A program made the position numbers and the translations under genes. Shown piece after piece: positions 21,951 to 30,555 of a stretch of DNA of 64,000 bases (position 1 is its first letter; each line of letters opens with the position of its first letter). The notes below the pieces were generated by a model. The model was not told the DNA's origin. It saw only the letters and a program-made list of their open reading frames with translations, and did no database searches. The stretch is from Flavobacteriales bacterium (GTDB taxonomy: Bacteria; Bacteroidota; Bacteroidia; Flavobacteriales_C; GCA-002722245): positions 64,396 through 128,395 of the forward strand of contig CANFBW010000002.1 of assembly GCA_947444925.1 (NCBI GenBank), read 5' to 3'.

Positions 21951-22214
21951 TCAATTTTTTTTAGTTTTTAATCCGTCAATATCCCATTTGCGCACGTAGG
22001 TGAGCGGCTTGCCGATTTTAAATTTCAGGGTTTCATTTTCTTTGTAAATTACAATGATAGTTTCCACATCGGGACAATTAGGTTCTGCGCATTTAAGCTC
22101 CGTCACTGTGATGATGACATCATCTGATAAAAGCAATTTAGTCCTTGTCCATTCCTTGACAAGTTTCTTGATTTTACTATTATCTATATCGTTGGGGTTT
22201 TTTAAAAGTGCCAT
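21951..22214 (-). CDS. Small CxxxxCP protein (putative metal-binding partner of COG0523)
   Basis: 87 aa; KEWTR..VTELKCAEPNCPDVET.I..KPL..V...DI; tightly spaced within the operon. Confidence 0.8.
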   Translation of the reverse strand: MALLKNPNDIDNSKIKKLVKEWTRTKLLLSDDVIITVTELKCAEPNCPDVETIIVIYKENETLKFKIGKPLTYVRKWDIDGLKTKKN

Positions 22215-22216
22215 AA

Positions 22217-22987
22217 TTAAAACAACATTTTTTCAATAACACTAACCATTAACATACATAAAACACCAAGACTAATTACCACTCCCTGCACCAACTGATA
22301 TTGTACTTTAGAAGTGTTGTGTAACTCAGGAATCAAATCTGTTGAAGCGATATAAATAAATCCCCCGGCTGCAATAGGTAAAAGATAATTGACCGGAAGC
22401 GCCATAAAAGAACCCAGTAGCAATACCGCCACCACTCCAGCAACACAGGTAAGCGAACAAAGGAAATTATACCACACCGCCTGTTTGGGCGAATAGCCGC
22501 CGTGAATCAACGCGCCTATATCACCCACTTCCTGCGGAATTTCATGAATGATAATGGCGAGCGTTGTGGTCACGCCCAACGCCGGACTGGCCATAAAACT
22601 TCCGGCAATCAAAGTACCATCAATGAAATTGTGAACGGCATCGCCCACCAGATTCATTTTTGCCATAGGTTGTGGTTTTGTGACAGAATGCAGCACAGGC
22701 GTATAAAACTGATGCTTCCAACGAATTATTTTTTCAAGAAAAAAGAACAATAATATTCCTCCCACTGTAACCACCAACACAGAATGCATATCGCCAATGC
22801 GTGTGATGGCATCAGGAATAAGATGCAAAAACGCATCGCCCAGCAACACACCCACTGCGAGACTCATTAAAAACTGCAAAGAATTTTTAAGGGTTTTCTC
22901 CTTGATAAATAAAGCAAATGCTCCTATCAAAGAAACGAAGCTCACTATGAGTGCGGCCAAAACCGAATTTATCCAAATTACATCCAT
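22217..22987 (-). CDS. ZIP-family (ZupT-like) metal importer
   Basis: GDAVHNFIDG, HEIPQEVGD, GGFIYIA..DLIPEL. Confidence 0.92.
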   Translation of the reverse strand: MDVIWINSVLAALIVSFVSLIGAFALFIKEKTLKNSLQFLMSLAVGVLLGDAFLHLIPDAITRIGDMHSVLVVTVGGILLFFFLEKIIRWKHQFYTPVLHSVTKPQPMAKMNLVGDAVHNFIDGTLIAGSFMASPALGVTTTLAIIIHEIPQEVGDIGALIHGGYSPKQAVWYNFLCSLTCVAGVVAVLLLGSFMALPVNYLLPIAAGGFIYIASTDLIPELHNTSKVQYQLVQGVVISLGVLCMLMVSVIEKMLF

Positions 22988-22996
22988 ATCACTTTT

Positions 22997-24184
22997 TTAT
23001 AAATTCCATGTGTCTTCAAAAGAAATTCCTGTCTGCATCGCTATAATTTCAGAATCTGTACAAATACATTCTTGTAAACCTGAAGTGATTTGCTCCACGT
23101 CCATATCCTGACCGATGATTACCAGTTCATTTATCCTGTCACCCCATGTTTCATCCATACGAGCAAGAATAGAAGCTTCATCGCCATTGTGGTTTTTCCA
23201 TTCTTCCCTTGGTTTGGAAATCCACCATACACCTGCCTTTTCGGGACTCACAGAACCACCTGCTTGATTCCAGCTAAAAGCATCCTCAGGGCGAGAAGCC
23301 ATCCAAAACATTCCTTTACTGCGCAAAACATTTTCAGGCCAGTAATCATTTACATACTCTAAAAATCTTGCAGGATGAAAAGGTTTTTTCTCTCTGAAAA
23401 CAAAAGAACTTAATCCATATTCTTCTGTTTCCGGTGTGTGTGGTTTTTCTAATTCATTGATCCAACTGAGCGCAGCCGATGACTTTTCAAAATCGAAGAG
23501 TCGAGTATTAATAATTTCATCTAAAGGAACTTTGCCAAAAGAAGATTCAATGATTTTTGCAGAAGAATTGAGCTTGCGAAGGATTGCTTTTAATTCTGCC
23601 AAACGTTGCGGACGAACTAAATCGGATTTATTTATAACAATGACGTTGGCAAATTCTATCTGATCGACCAAAAGATTGACTATTGTTCTATCGTCGTCCT
23701 GATCGTTATTTAATTTTCTTTCATAAATCGTTTCTAAGCTTTGAAAATCTTCTGCGAAATTAAACGCATCTACAACAGTGACCAGAGTATCTAAAGAACT
23801 GAATTTAGAAAGATCAATTCCTGATGGCTCATCTATATAAGAAAAAGTTTGTGCAACAGGTAAAGGTTCCGAGATGCCAGTGGATTCAATCACCAAATAA
23901 TCAAACCTGTTTTCCATCGCTAATTTTTCTACTTCTTTCAAAAGGTCTTCACGCAGGGTACAGCAAATACATCCGTTCGACATCTCTACGAGTTTTTCTT
24001 CCGTGCGCGATAGCACATTTTCGTTTTTTACAGTAGAGGCATCTACATTAACTTCACTCATGTCATTGACGATCACTGCCACTTTCATTCCTTCCTTGTT
24101 GTGCAAAATGTGATTGAGTAAAGTGGTTTTTCCTGCACCAAGAAATCCACTTAAAACTGTTACAGGTAATTTTTTCATTTTCAT
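22997..24184 (-). CDS. COG0523 GTPase of the ZigA/YciC(ZagA) zinc-chaperone type, copy 1
   Basis: [54 protein letters not shown]. Confidence 0.93.
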   Translation of the reverse strand: MKMKKLPVTVLSGFLGAGKTTLLNHILHNKEGMKVAVIVNDMSEVNVDASTVKNENVLSRTEEKLVEMSNGCICCTLREDLLKEVEKLAMENRFDYLVIESTGISEPLPVAQTFSYIDEPSGIDLSKFSSLDTLVTVVDAFNFAEDFQSLETIYERKLNNDQDDDRTIVNLLVDQIEFANVIVINKSDLVRPQRLAELKAILRKLNSSAKIIESSFGKVPLDEIINTRLFDFEKSSAALSWINELEKPHTPETEEYGLSSFVFREKKPFHPARFLEYVNDYWPENVLRSKGMFWMASRPEDAFSWNQAGGSVSPEKAGVWWISKPREEWKNHNGDEASILARMDETWGDRINELVIIGQDMDVEQITSGLQECICTDSEIIAMQTGISFEDTWNL

Positions 24185-24209
24185 ATTTTTATTTCTCTAT
24201 TCTATATAA

Positions 24210-24236
24210 GGGCGGAACCGGGGATTGGTTCCGCCC
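24210..24236. other. GC-rich intra-operon stem-loop
   Basis: GGGCGGAACC-GGGGATT-GGTTCCGCCC, between the outer-membrane genes and the cytoplasmic genes. Confidence 0.7.
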
Positions 24237-24259
24237 CAATTGAGGGGAGAGGAGGGATT

Positions 24260-24997
24260 TTATTTTAGTTTATATGCCAATCCTAATGAACCATTGATCC
24301 AACTCATTTGCTGATTGGTGACCAATCTTCCTGCGGTATTGCTCCTGTTTTCATTACTGATGGCAACTCCCGGCGTGCTGAAATAATCGCACATTAATGA
24401 AAGTGCCATTTTTTCGGAAAAGGAATATTTAAATCCTAAACCCAGCTGCCAGCCAAAAGCCGAAGCTGTTGAACTCAATTGCGTGAAGGCCGGATTATCT
24501 TCCAGCTGAACTGAAACTTCAGGAGTGGAGATGCTTTGCGCCAATCCGCCTAAAGCACGGGCTTCTATACTGAATTTATTGAAAGGCAATGAAAAATATG
24601 GCCCTACCAAAAAGTTCAATGTTCTGTATCTGCTGTTGGTGATAACAGTAGATTCGTCAACACCAAAGGCATCGGTATAGCTGTCTCCTAATTTGGTAGC
24701 ATCGTCCTTAGTTAATCCACCGTGATCGGAAAAATTTAGTACGCCTCCGACTCCTATATTTTTGTGGAAATAATAAGCTCCGTCAAATCCAATATTGAAT
24801 CCTGTTTTCGCAAATCCGGAAGTATTGTTCCAGCTGCCAAACTCACCTAAATCAGTGGAAGCAAAATTCCCAAGCGGAGCTGATACTCCTCCTGAAAGGC
24901 CAAGAAAAAAATTGCCTGTGCTTTCTTCCTGCGCACAGATGGTTGATGTAAGCAGCACTATTGCTGTGAGTACACTGAATATATTTTTTGTTTTCAT
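24260..24997 (-). CDS. Outer-membrane beta-barrel protein
   Basis: Signal peptide; amphipathic beta strands; C-terminal LGLAYKLK. Confidence 0.8.
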   Translation of the reverse strand: MKTKNIFSVLTAIVLLTSTICAQEESTGNFFLGLSGGVSAPLGNFASTDLGEFGSWNNTSGFAKTGFNIGFDGAYYFHKNIGVGGVLNFSDHGGLTKDDATKLGDSYTDAFGVDESTVITNSRYRTLNFLVGPYFSLPFNKFSIEARALGGLAQSISTPEVSVQLEDNPAFTQLSSTASAFGWQLGLGFKYSFSEKMALSLMCDYFSTPGVAISNENRSNTAGRLVTNQQMSWINGSLGLAYKLK

Positions 24998-25024
24998 ATC
25001 CTGTTTTTAAAAATTAATTTCTGC

Positions 25025-25702
25025 TTATTGAATAGTTACATTGAATCCTACATCTAAATCGGTGGAGCCCGGCGTGTAAGTGCCATTTTTAGAATTGGGC
25101 TGGTGTCTCAGCATCAATCTCAACCAGCCTGTACTGTTGGCTCCTGTGACAAAACTTGATTGTAAGCCCAAAGGATAAACCTGCGGATTAGAATCATGAT
25201 CTGTAATACTCACAGTAAGATTCAATGCGTTGGAACTCACTGTTGCAGTGGTAGAAGCATTGGTAGGAATAGGATCGGGAAGCACATCTCCGGAAGTATA
25301 AGGAATTACAAAAGCACTCATGCTTGGCAGTGATTGATAAAAAAACAAATGATAGTTTGCCCTTTCTTTTATTTCATTGGAAACATTGAAAACCGGACTC
25401 TGTGATTTATCCAGCAGCACCAGCTCGGCAGTATAAGTAGCATTGGCTTTCAGTGTAAGGTCGACTTTGCTCACATCTACAGGTAAAGGATAGCCATTAG
25501 CATCTAGCAGCTGTTCCCACGTGGCGGTATCTTTATCAAAAGGAGCCAGTGTGTTGGTAACAATTACAGAAACCGTTGTGAGGGCTTCATTGGCGATAGT
25601 AGGCGCAACTACCTGCTCCTCCTTGTTACAGGCTTGTATGGTGAAAGCCACCAATACTACAGCCAGTAATTTTGTTTTTGAAATGTACTTCATTTTAATC
25701 AT
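25025..25702 (-). CDS. Lipoprotein associated with the TonB-dependent receptor
   Basis: Lipobox IQAC; EALTT, YHLFFY and LRHQPNSK..GSTD motifs. Confidence 0.8.
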   Translation of the reverse strand: MIKMKYISKTKLLAVVLVAFTIQACNKEEQVVAPTIANEALTTVSVIVTNTLAPFDKDTATWEQLLDANGYPLPVDVSKVDLTLKANATYTAELVLLDKSQSPVFNVSNEIKERANYHLFFYQSLPSMSAFVIPYTSGDVLPDPIPTNASTTATVSSNALNLTVSITDHDSNPQVYPLGLQSSFVTGANSTGWLRLMLRHQPNSKNGTYTPGSTDLDVGFNVTIQ

Positions 25703-25712
25703 CGTTTAAGGT

Positions 25713-28058
25713 TTAATTATTATTGGTATTGTGTTTAGAAAATTCAAAAGGGACTTTTATTCTCAGCACGAAATTTCTGCCTAAATCATCAGTGAAATAG
25801 CGAAAACGGTTGAGATAATCCCTGTAAGATTTGTTGAGCATATTGTTCACCGAAAAATCAACGGAAACAACTTGCTTGCCTATAAGGAAATCAAAGTTGA
25901 TATTGGCACCTAACAAAACATATCCCGCCGGAGGAAGCGCAAAGTCGCTGTTGGCAGGAACATTATTTTGTTTTGCCACATTCAGGTTGCTGATGCCCAG
26001 CGATACTTTTTGGAGTTTTCCGATTTTTCCGATTTCATATTTTATAGAATTATCTATTCTATTAGACGGTGCATAAATCAGGAAATCATGAATGCTGTTA
26101 TTGTAAGCATAGATATAAGATGTTTTTGTGGTAAAAGTAATTTTGTGAAGTGTATATTCTGCTTTCACATCAACTCCGGTAAATACAACATTTGCTTGTG
26201 TATAGCTGAAAGCAGGGAATGACCCGCGAATGGTATGAATAGCAATTAAATCGGGTTTGAGATAAGTGTAATTGATAATGATGTTATGGTAAGCACCAAA
26301 ATTCAACACAAAATTTTTGTTGGAATATTTTATTTCCGAATTGAAATTATACGCGTGTTCAGGAACGAGATTAGAATTTCCTATTTCATACGAAGCTGCA
26401 CTTTGATGAACTCCCTTAGAAAACAGTTCATTCACAGTAGGCGCTTTCCATGCCGTGCTAAAATTTGCACTTATGCTCATTTTCTCTGTGAGTCGGTATT
26501 CGGCTCCTGCAGCGATAGTGAAATTTTCGTAGTGGTAAGTGGGGGTAATGACCTGCGCGGTAGTGTTATCAAGCATATAAACTCTCATCCATCTGTAATC
26601 GTAGCGGATACCGCCTTCTATACTCCACCTGTTTTTCTGCCATTTCTCAATCCATAAAATTCCGCCGCCATAGTTCCTGAAATTAGGAATCAAAAATTCG
26701 TACTTCCGTACATTTCCCTGTGTAATTCCATTAAATCCGATGCTTCCCTTTATGTTTTTAAAAGATTTATGTTCCCAAATACCATCGAGTGTTTGGGTTT
26801 GTATTCTCAAATAAAGTTCGGGATTCAGCTTGCCTGTAAAAGGGATATATCCATATTCCGATCTTTCGTTTTGCTGGGAAGCAAAGGTTAATTCAAACCT
26901 TCCCAGTTTTTCAGATTTGTAATATGCTTTTGCTTTAAACAAATTGTGTTGAACCAATTGATAAGGACGATCGATAGTATAAGTGAATACATCGGGAGTA
27001 AGGGGCTTATCTCTTTTAATTGCCGACAGAATATCACTTACCGCTTCGGCATGTGTGCCGGAAAAAATTCCCAGCTGAGTAAAAAAGCTACTGTAATAAA
27101 GTTCCGCTCCGTAATTCTTTTTAGTGTAGGCTAAAGTGGCGGAATAATTAATTTCTTTAGAGGCTGTATTATCCATATAATAATAAGCCGTTCTGCTATT
27201 TCCTGAGCGTTTATAAGTTCCCTGTACACGCCAGCTTAATCCCGAAAATTTTTTACCAAAAGCTCCATCCAACATTGCAGAAGATGTTCCCGCATATCCG
27301 TTGCTCATGCCAACTAAATTTATTTCTCCGCCAATGCCGGGATTAATACGCATTTTTTTAGGCTCCACCAGAATAACTCCCCCGATCGCATCAGAACCGT
27401 AACGGATACTTGCTGCACCTTTCACCACAATTAGATTAGTAGCGATGAAGGGATCAATTTCGGGAGCATGCTCCGACCCCCATTGCTGACCCTCCTGTCT
27501 TATTCCATTATTCAATATCAATATCCGATTGCTGTGTAATCCGTGGATAACAGGTTTTGAAATAGAAGGGCCAGTTTGAATCGTATAAACACCGGCAAGA
27601 CTTTTCAGAGATTCACCTAAAGAAAGTCCTCTTGTTTTGTCGAGTTCCTTTCCTTTGATTTGTTCCTGTGGTTGTATCAACGGCACACTATCATTACCTC
27701 TTCTTTTTACAATCAATATTTCATGAATCGAACAAGTATCGAAATGCATGGTTACATCCTGTGAATGATTCCCCTGTATGTGCAAAGTGCACGTAAACGT
27801 TTTGTGCCCCACATGACTATACTGTACCGTATATGAACCCGCGCAAATAAAATTTAAATGATACACTCCACTATCATTAGTGGCCATACCTTTATTGAGT
27901 TCTTTAATTTCCACAGAAACAGATGATAAATTTTGATGGGTTTCGCCACTGTACACTTTCCCGCTTAGAGTAAAAGAGCATTTGTCTGTATTCACCTGAG
28001 CGTATAAATGCCCATAACAAAACAGCATTGACATGCTTGCCGTATAAAAAAACTTCAT
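25713..28058 (-). CDS. TonB-dependent receptor (probable metal uptake)
   Basis: N-terminal carboxypeptidase-like domain; plug KPVIHGLHSNRI..EGQQWGSEHAPEID..KGAASIRYGSDAIGG; barrel end YRDYLNRFRYF..GRN. Confidence 0.93.
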   Translation of the reverse strand: MKFFYTASMSMLFCYGHLYAQVNTDKCSFTLSGKVYSGETHQNLSSVSVEIKELNKGMATNDSGVYHLNFICAGSYTVQYSHVGHKTFTCTLHIQGNHSQDVTMHFDTCSIHEILIVKRRGNDSVPLIQPQEQIKGKELDKTRGLSLGESLKSLAGVYTIQTGPSISKPVIHGLHSNRILILNNGIRQEGQQWGSEHAPEIDPFIATNLIVVKGAASIRYGSDAIGGVILVEPKKMRINPGIGGEINLVGMSNGYAGTSSAMLDGAFGKKFSGLSWRVQGTYKRSGNSRTAYYYMDNTASKEINYSATLAYTKKNYGAELYYSSFFTQLGIFSGTHAEAVSDILSAIKRDKPLTPDVFTYTIDRPYQLVQHNLFKAKAYYKSEKLGRFELTFASQQNERSEYGYIPFTGKLNPELYLRIQTQTLDGIWEHKSFKNIKGSIGFNGITQGNVRKYEFLIPNFRNYGGGILWIEKWQKNRWSIEGGIRYDYRWMRVYMLDNTTAQVITPTYHYENFTIAAGAEYRLTEKMSISANFSTAWKAPTVNELFSKGVHQSAASYEIGNSNLVPEHAYNFNSEIKYSNKNFVLNFGAYHNIIINYTYLKPDLIAIHTIRGSFPAFSYTQANVVFTGVDVKAEYTLHKITFTTKTSYIYAYNNSIHDFLIYAPSNRIDNSIKYEIGKIGKLQKVSLGISNLNVAKQNNVPANSDFALPPAGYVLLGANINFDFLIGKQVVSVDFSVNNMLNKSYRDYLNRFRYFTDDLGRNFVLRIKVPFEFSKHNTNNN

Positions 28059-28123
28059 GAAATAATTAGAATTTAAAACCAATTAATCCGCCTGTTCAGC
28101 AAGGAATAATTACAACACTTACT

Positions 28124-28477
28124 TTAAATAGTATTTGCTGCGGGAGGAGATCTTCCTGAGGATTCAGGAGTGATTTTTTCTGCTTTAAGCAGTAAAAGGG
28201 AATAATTGTTATAAGTATAAAAAACCGGACTTTTTACAAAAACTAAATCATTGTAATACAATTCATGTGAAAGATTCAGAGAACATATTTTACATTTCTC
28301 ATCTGCTTTACAGATTTCTTGTTCGGGATTATCATGCTTTTTTTGATGCGCTGAATGCTGCGTGTGATTGTGTAAAAACCCCGATACAACCTGTATAAAA
28401 AGAAGGTTGAAAAGGAGAACACCCGATAAAACGATATTTAAAATTGCTCGTATTTTCACAAATTTTTGTTGCAACAA
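28124..28477 (-). CDS. DUF2946/CruR-like His- and CxxC-containing leader protein
   Basis: TM helix, HNHTQHSAH..H, CKIC, C-terminal RSPP; immediately upstream of the TBDT. TTG start uncertain. Confidence 0.7.
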   Translation of the reverse strand: MLQQKFVKIRAILNIVLSGVLLFNLLFIQVVSGFLHNHTQHSAHQKKHDNPEQEICKADEKCKICSLNLSHELYYNDLVFVKSPVFYTYNNYSLLLLKAEKITPESSGRSPPAANTI

Positions 28478-28505
28478 CGATTCAAATGTATAAATATATT
28501 TTTAA

Positions 28506-28520
28506 TGCAACAATGTTTCA
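28506..28520. promoter_or_regulatory. Putative Fur/Zur operator (TGCAAC-N3-GTTGCA-like)
   Basis: TGCAACAATGTTTCA in the divergent intergenic region; a second, more degenerate copy TGCAACAACGATTCA at 28470-28484. Confidence 0.6.
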
Positions 28521-28562
28521 CGTAAACTTAACATAGACTACGGAAAATAATATCTTTGCAGA

Positions 28563-28991
28563 ATGGCACATTTAAAGAAAGAAAATATTGAGCACCTTCT
28601 TCGGGAACATCAGCTAAAATTAACACCCCAAAGAGTGGCTGTGCTAAAAGTATTCTTAGAAAGAGACAAAGTGATGAGTCTGGCTTCCCTCAACAAATAC
28701 TTAGGGAAAGATTTTGACAGGATTACTTTGTACCGCACATTGAATGCCTTTGAAGAAAAAGGATTGATCCATAAAATCCCTGATAAAGAAGTTGCTTCTT
28801 ATGCGCTTTGTAAACATGACTCCATCAGCCATTCACACGAAGACAACCACGCTCATTTCAAATGCACCAGTTGTTCCCTTACTGTTTGCCTCGATGAAGT
28901 TCAGATTCCACAAATAGTTCTTCCAAAGAAATTCAAGGCTCAAAAATTCAATTTTATAGTGGAAGGGCTTTGCGAGGACTGTAAAAAGTAA
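28563..28991 (+). CDS. Fur-family transcriptional regulator (likely Zur-like)
   Basis: LKLTPQR, DRITLYRTL, HSHEDNHAHFKCTSC, GLCEDC. Confidence 0.93.
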   Translation: MAHLKKENIEHLLREHQLKLTPQRVAVLKVFLERDKVMSLASLNKYLGKDFDRITLYRTLNAFEEKGLIHKIPDKEVASYALCKHDSISHSHEDNHAHFKCTSCSLTVCLDEVQIPQIVLPKKFKAQKFNFIVEGLCEDCKK

Positions 28992-29177
28992 TATCCTGAA
29001 ATCTAGTTGAAATACAAACTGCTTTCATAAACCAATCTCAACTATTTTCAATTTCGAACATTTTGCATTTTTTGCAAATAGTTAAAGTGTCTTAGTCGAT
29101 GAGATCGGCATTTAATTGGCTCAGAAGCTCTATGACTGTAAGAATTTTGTTACAAATGTGTAGCTTTGAGCCCGCTG

Positions 29178-29217
29178 AAAGGGACTTTACAAATAAAAGT
29201 GTAAAGTCCCTTTTTTT
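29178..29217 (+). terminator. Hairpin/terminator-like structure
   Basis: AAAGGGACTTTACA-AATAAAAG-TGTAAAGTCCCTTTTTT. Confidence 0.65.
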
Positions 29218-29300
29218 GTGCCAACGAATTTTATTTGCTCTGTATAAAAAAGCTAATATTGTTTTTCAAATAAGATGCAATCGAAAAATTAAGAGTCATA

Positions 29301-29855
29301 TTGAATCATATTTTGCCTATTGACGAGGAAAGTTGGGCCATGCTGTTGCCGCACCTGAAATCGCAGCAAATGGAGTGCGGTGATTTTTTGTGTCGCAGCG
29401 GTGAAATTTGCAAATCCATTGCGTTCATTCAAAGTGGTTCCATGCGTGCCTATTATACTTCGGACGATTTGTTAGAGACCAATTTATTGCTCTGTTCGCA
29501 AAATGAATTTATTTGTGATTACGAAAGTTTTATTACGCAGTCGCCTGCGAAATACAATGTTGAAGCCATCGAAAGAACAAATGTGATAGTGTTGTCGAAG
29601 TCGGTTTTGGATGCCTTGTACGCGGAATCTTTTTATTGGAATTGCTTCGGGCGGAAAGTGGCCGAAGGGATATATTTGAGCTCGAAAGCGCGTGCGGAAG
29701 AACTGCTGTTTTATGGACCTGAAGAGCGTTACCTGCGCTTGATGCGCAAACACCCCGAATATTTTCAAAAGTATGCGCTGAAACATTTGGCGGGCTACTT
29801 GGGGATTGCCCCGCAATCGCTCAGTAGAATTCGTGCACGACTTGTGCAGCATTAA
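29301..29855 (+). CDS. Crp/Fnr-family cNMP-binding regulator
   Basis: GEIC..IAFI..G..RAYY; ERYL..; IA.YLGI.PQSLSRIR-type C-terminus. Start codon doubtful. Confidence 0.85.
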   Translation: MNHILPIDEESWAMLLPHLKSQQMECGDFLCRSGEICKSIAFIQSGSMRAYYTSDDLLETNLLLCSQNEFICDYESFITQSPAKYNVEAIERTNVIVLSKSVLDALYAESFYWNCFGRKVAEGIYLSSKARAEELLFYGPEERYLRLMRKHPEYFQKYALKHLAGYLGIAPQSLSRIRARLVQH

Positions 29856-29904
29856 TTAACTTGGGTTAAGCAGTGCACTCATCGCAGTTTATTATTTTTG
29901 TTGC

Positions 29905-30333
29905 ATGATAATTCAAATTTCTGGAATACTATTATTTGTAATTTTTGTCCTGATTTCGGGCATTCACTTTTACTGGGCGTTCGGCGGCAAATGGGGCGTT
30001 GATGCAGCATTGCCTAGCAATGGTGAAGGAGAACGCGTGTTGAAGCCTCGACAAATTGACACCTTTGCTGTTGCTGCCGTGTTTGCTGGAATTGGTGTTT
30101 TTTATTTGGTGATGGGTACTGTAGTGCTTATTGATTTGCCTTTATGGATGCCCAAGTATTTGGGGTGGATTTTTCCTTTTGTTTTTTTAATCAGAGCGGT
30201 CGGTGACTTTAAATATTTGGGAATTTTTAAAAAAGAAAAGAGGAGTTTATTTGCCCAGCTGGACACTAAATATTATTCTCCTCTTTGTTTGTTCATCACT
30301 TTTTTAGCAGTGCTTGTTCAAGTTTTTCGATGA
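29905..30333 (+). CDS. DUF3995-like membrane protein
   Basis: IHFYWAFGGKWG..RAVGDFKYLG.FK..FA.LDT..YSPLC. Confidence 0.8.
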   Translation: MIIQISGILLFVIFVLISGIHFYWAFGGKWGVDAALPSNGEGERVLKPRQIDTFAVAAVFAGIGVFYLVMGTVVLIDLPLWMPKYLGWIFPFVFLIRAVGDFKYLGIFKKEKRSLFAQLDTKYYSPLCLFITFLAVLVQVFR

Positions 30334-30340
30334 ATAATTT

Positions 30341-30555
30341 TATGATTATCCGCAATTGTACCAGTCCTCTCACAGAAGTGGCGATAGATCCTTTAAAGAC
30401 CGAAACTTTGTTTCTCCTCTTAATCTCAAATCTCAGGAAGACAATCATTCGCGAAAAACCTATGTGGAAAATCGTTCGCATTTGTCCTCCTGAGGTACTC
30501 CGAAGGATCTATCGCCCTAGACATAAATCAACTGGTACAATTGCGGATAATCATA
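30341..30555. repeat. Nested inverted-repeat element (MITE/REPIN-like), copy 1
   Basis: Perfect 25-bp terminal IR TATGATTATCCGCAATTGTACCAGT; 14-bp IR GGCGATAGATCCTT; 13-bp IR CTCAGGAAGACAA (1 mismatch). Homolog at 63429-63604. Confidence 0.85.

Larger units (their letters stand above)
17209..29270. mobile_element. Putative degenerate tRNA-Ser-anchored genomic island carrying metal-homeostasis genes
   Basis: Starts at the tRNA 3' end; functionally coherent accessory block; non-coding flanks with hairpins. No integrase or clear direct repeat seen. Confidence 0.45.

Noticed and set aside
28083-28562. Cobalamin riboswitch or CobW-cobalamin role for the COG0523 cluster
   Set aside because: No B12-box seen and no cob genes nearby; the ZIP and Fur context points to zinc or general metal homeostasis.
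30341-30555. Retron msr-msd or CRISPR interpretation of the nested-IR element
   Set aside because: No reverse transcriptase or cas gene in the window; the repeats are inverted rather than a direct-repeat array; the two cores are homologous rather than unique spacers.
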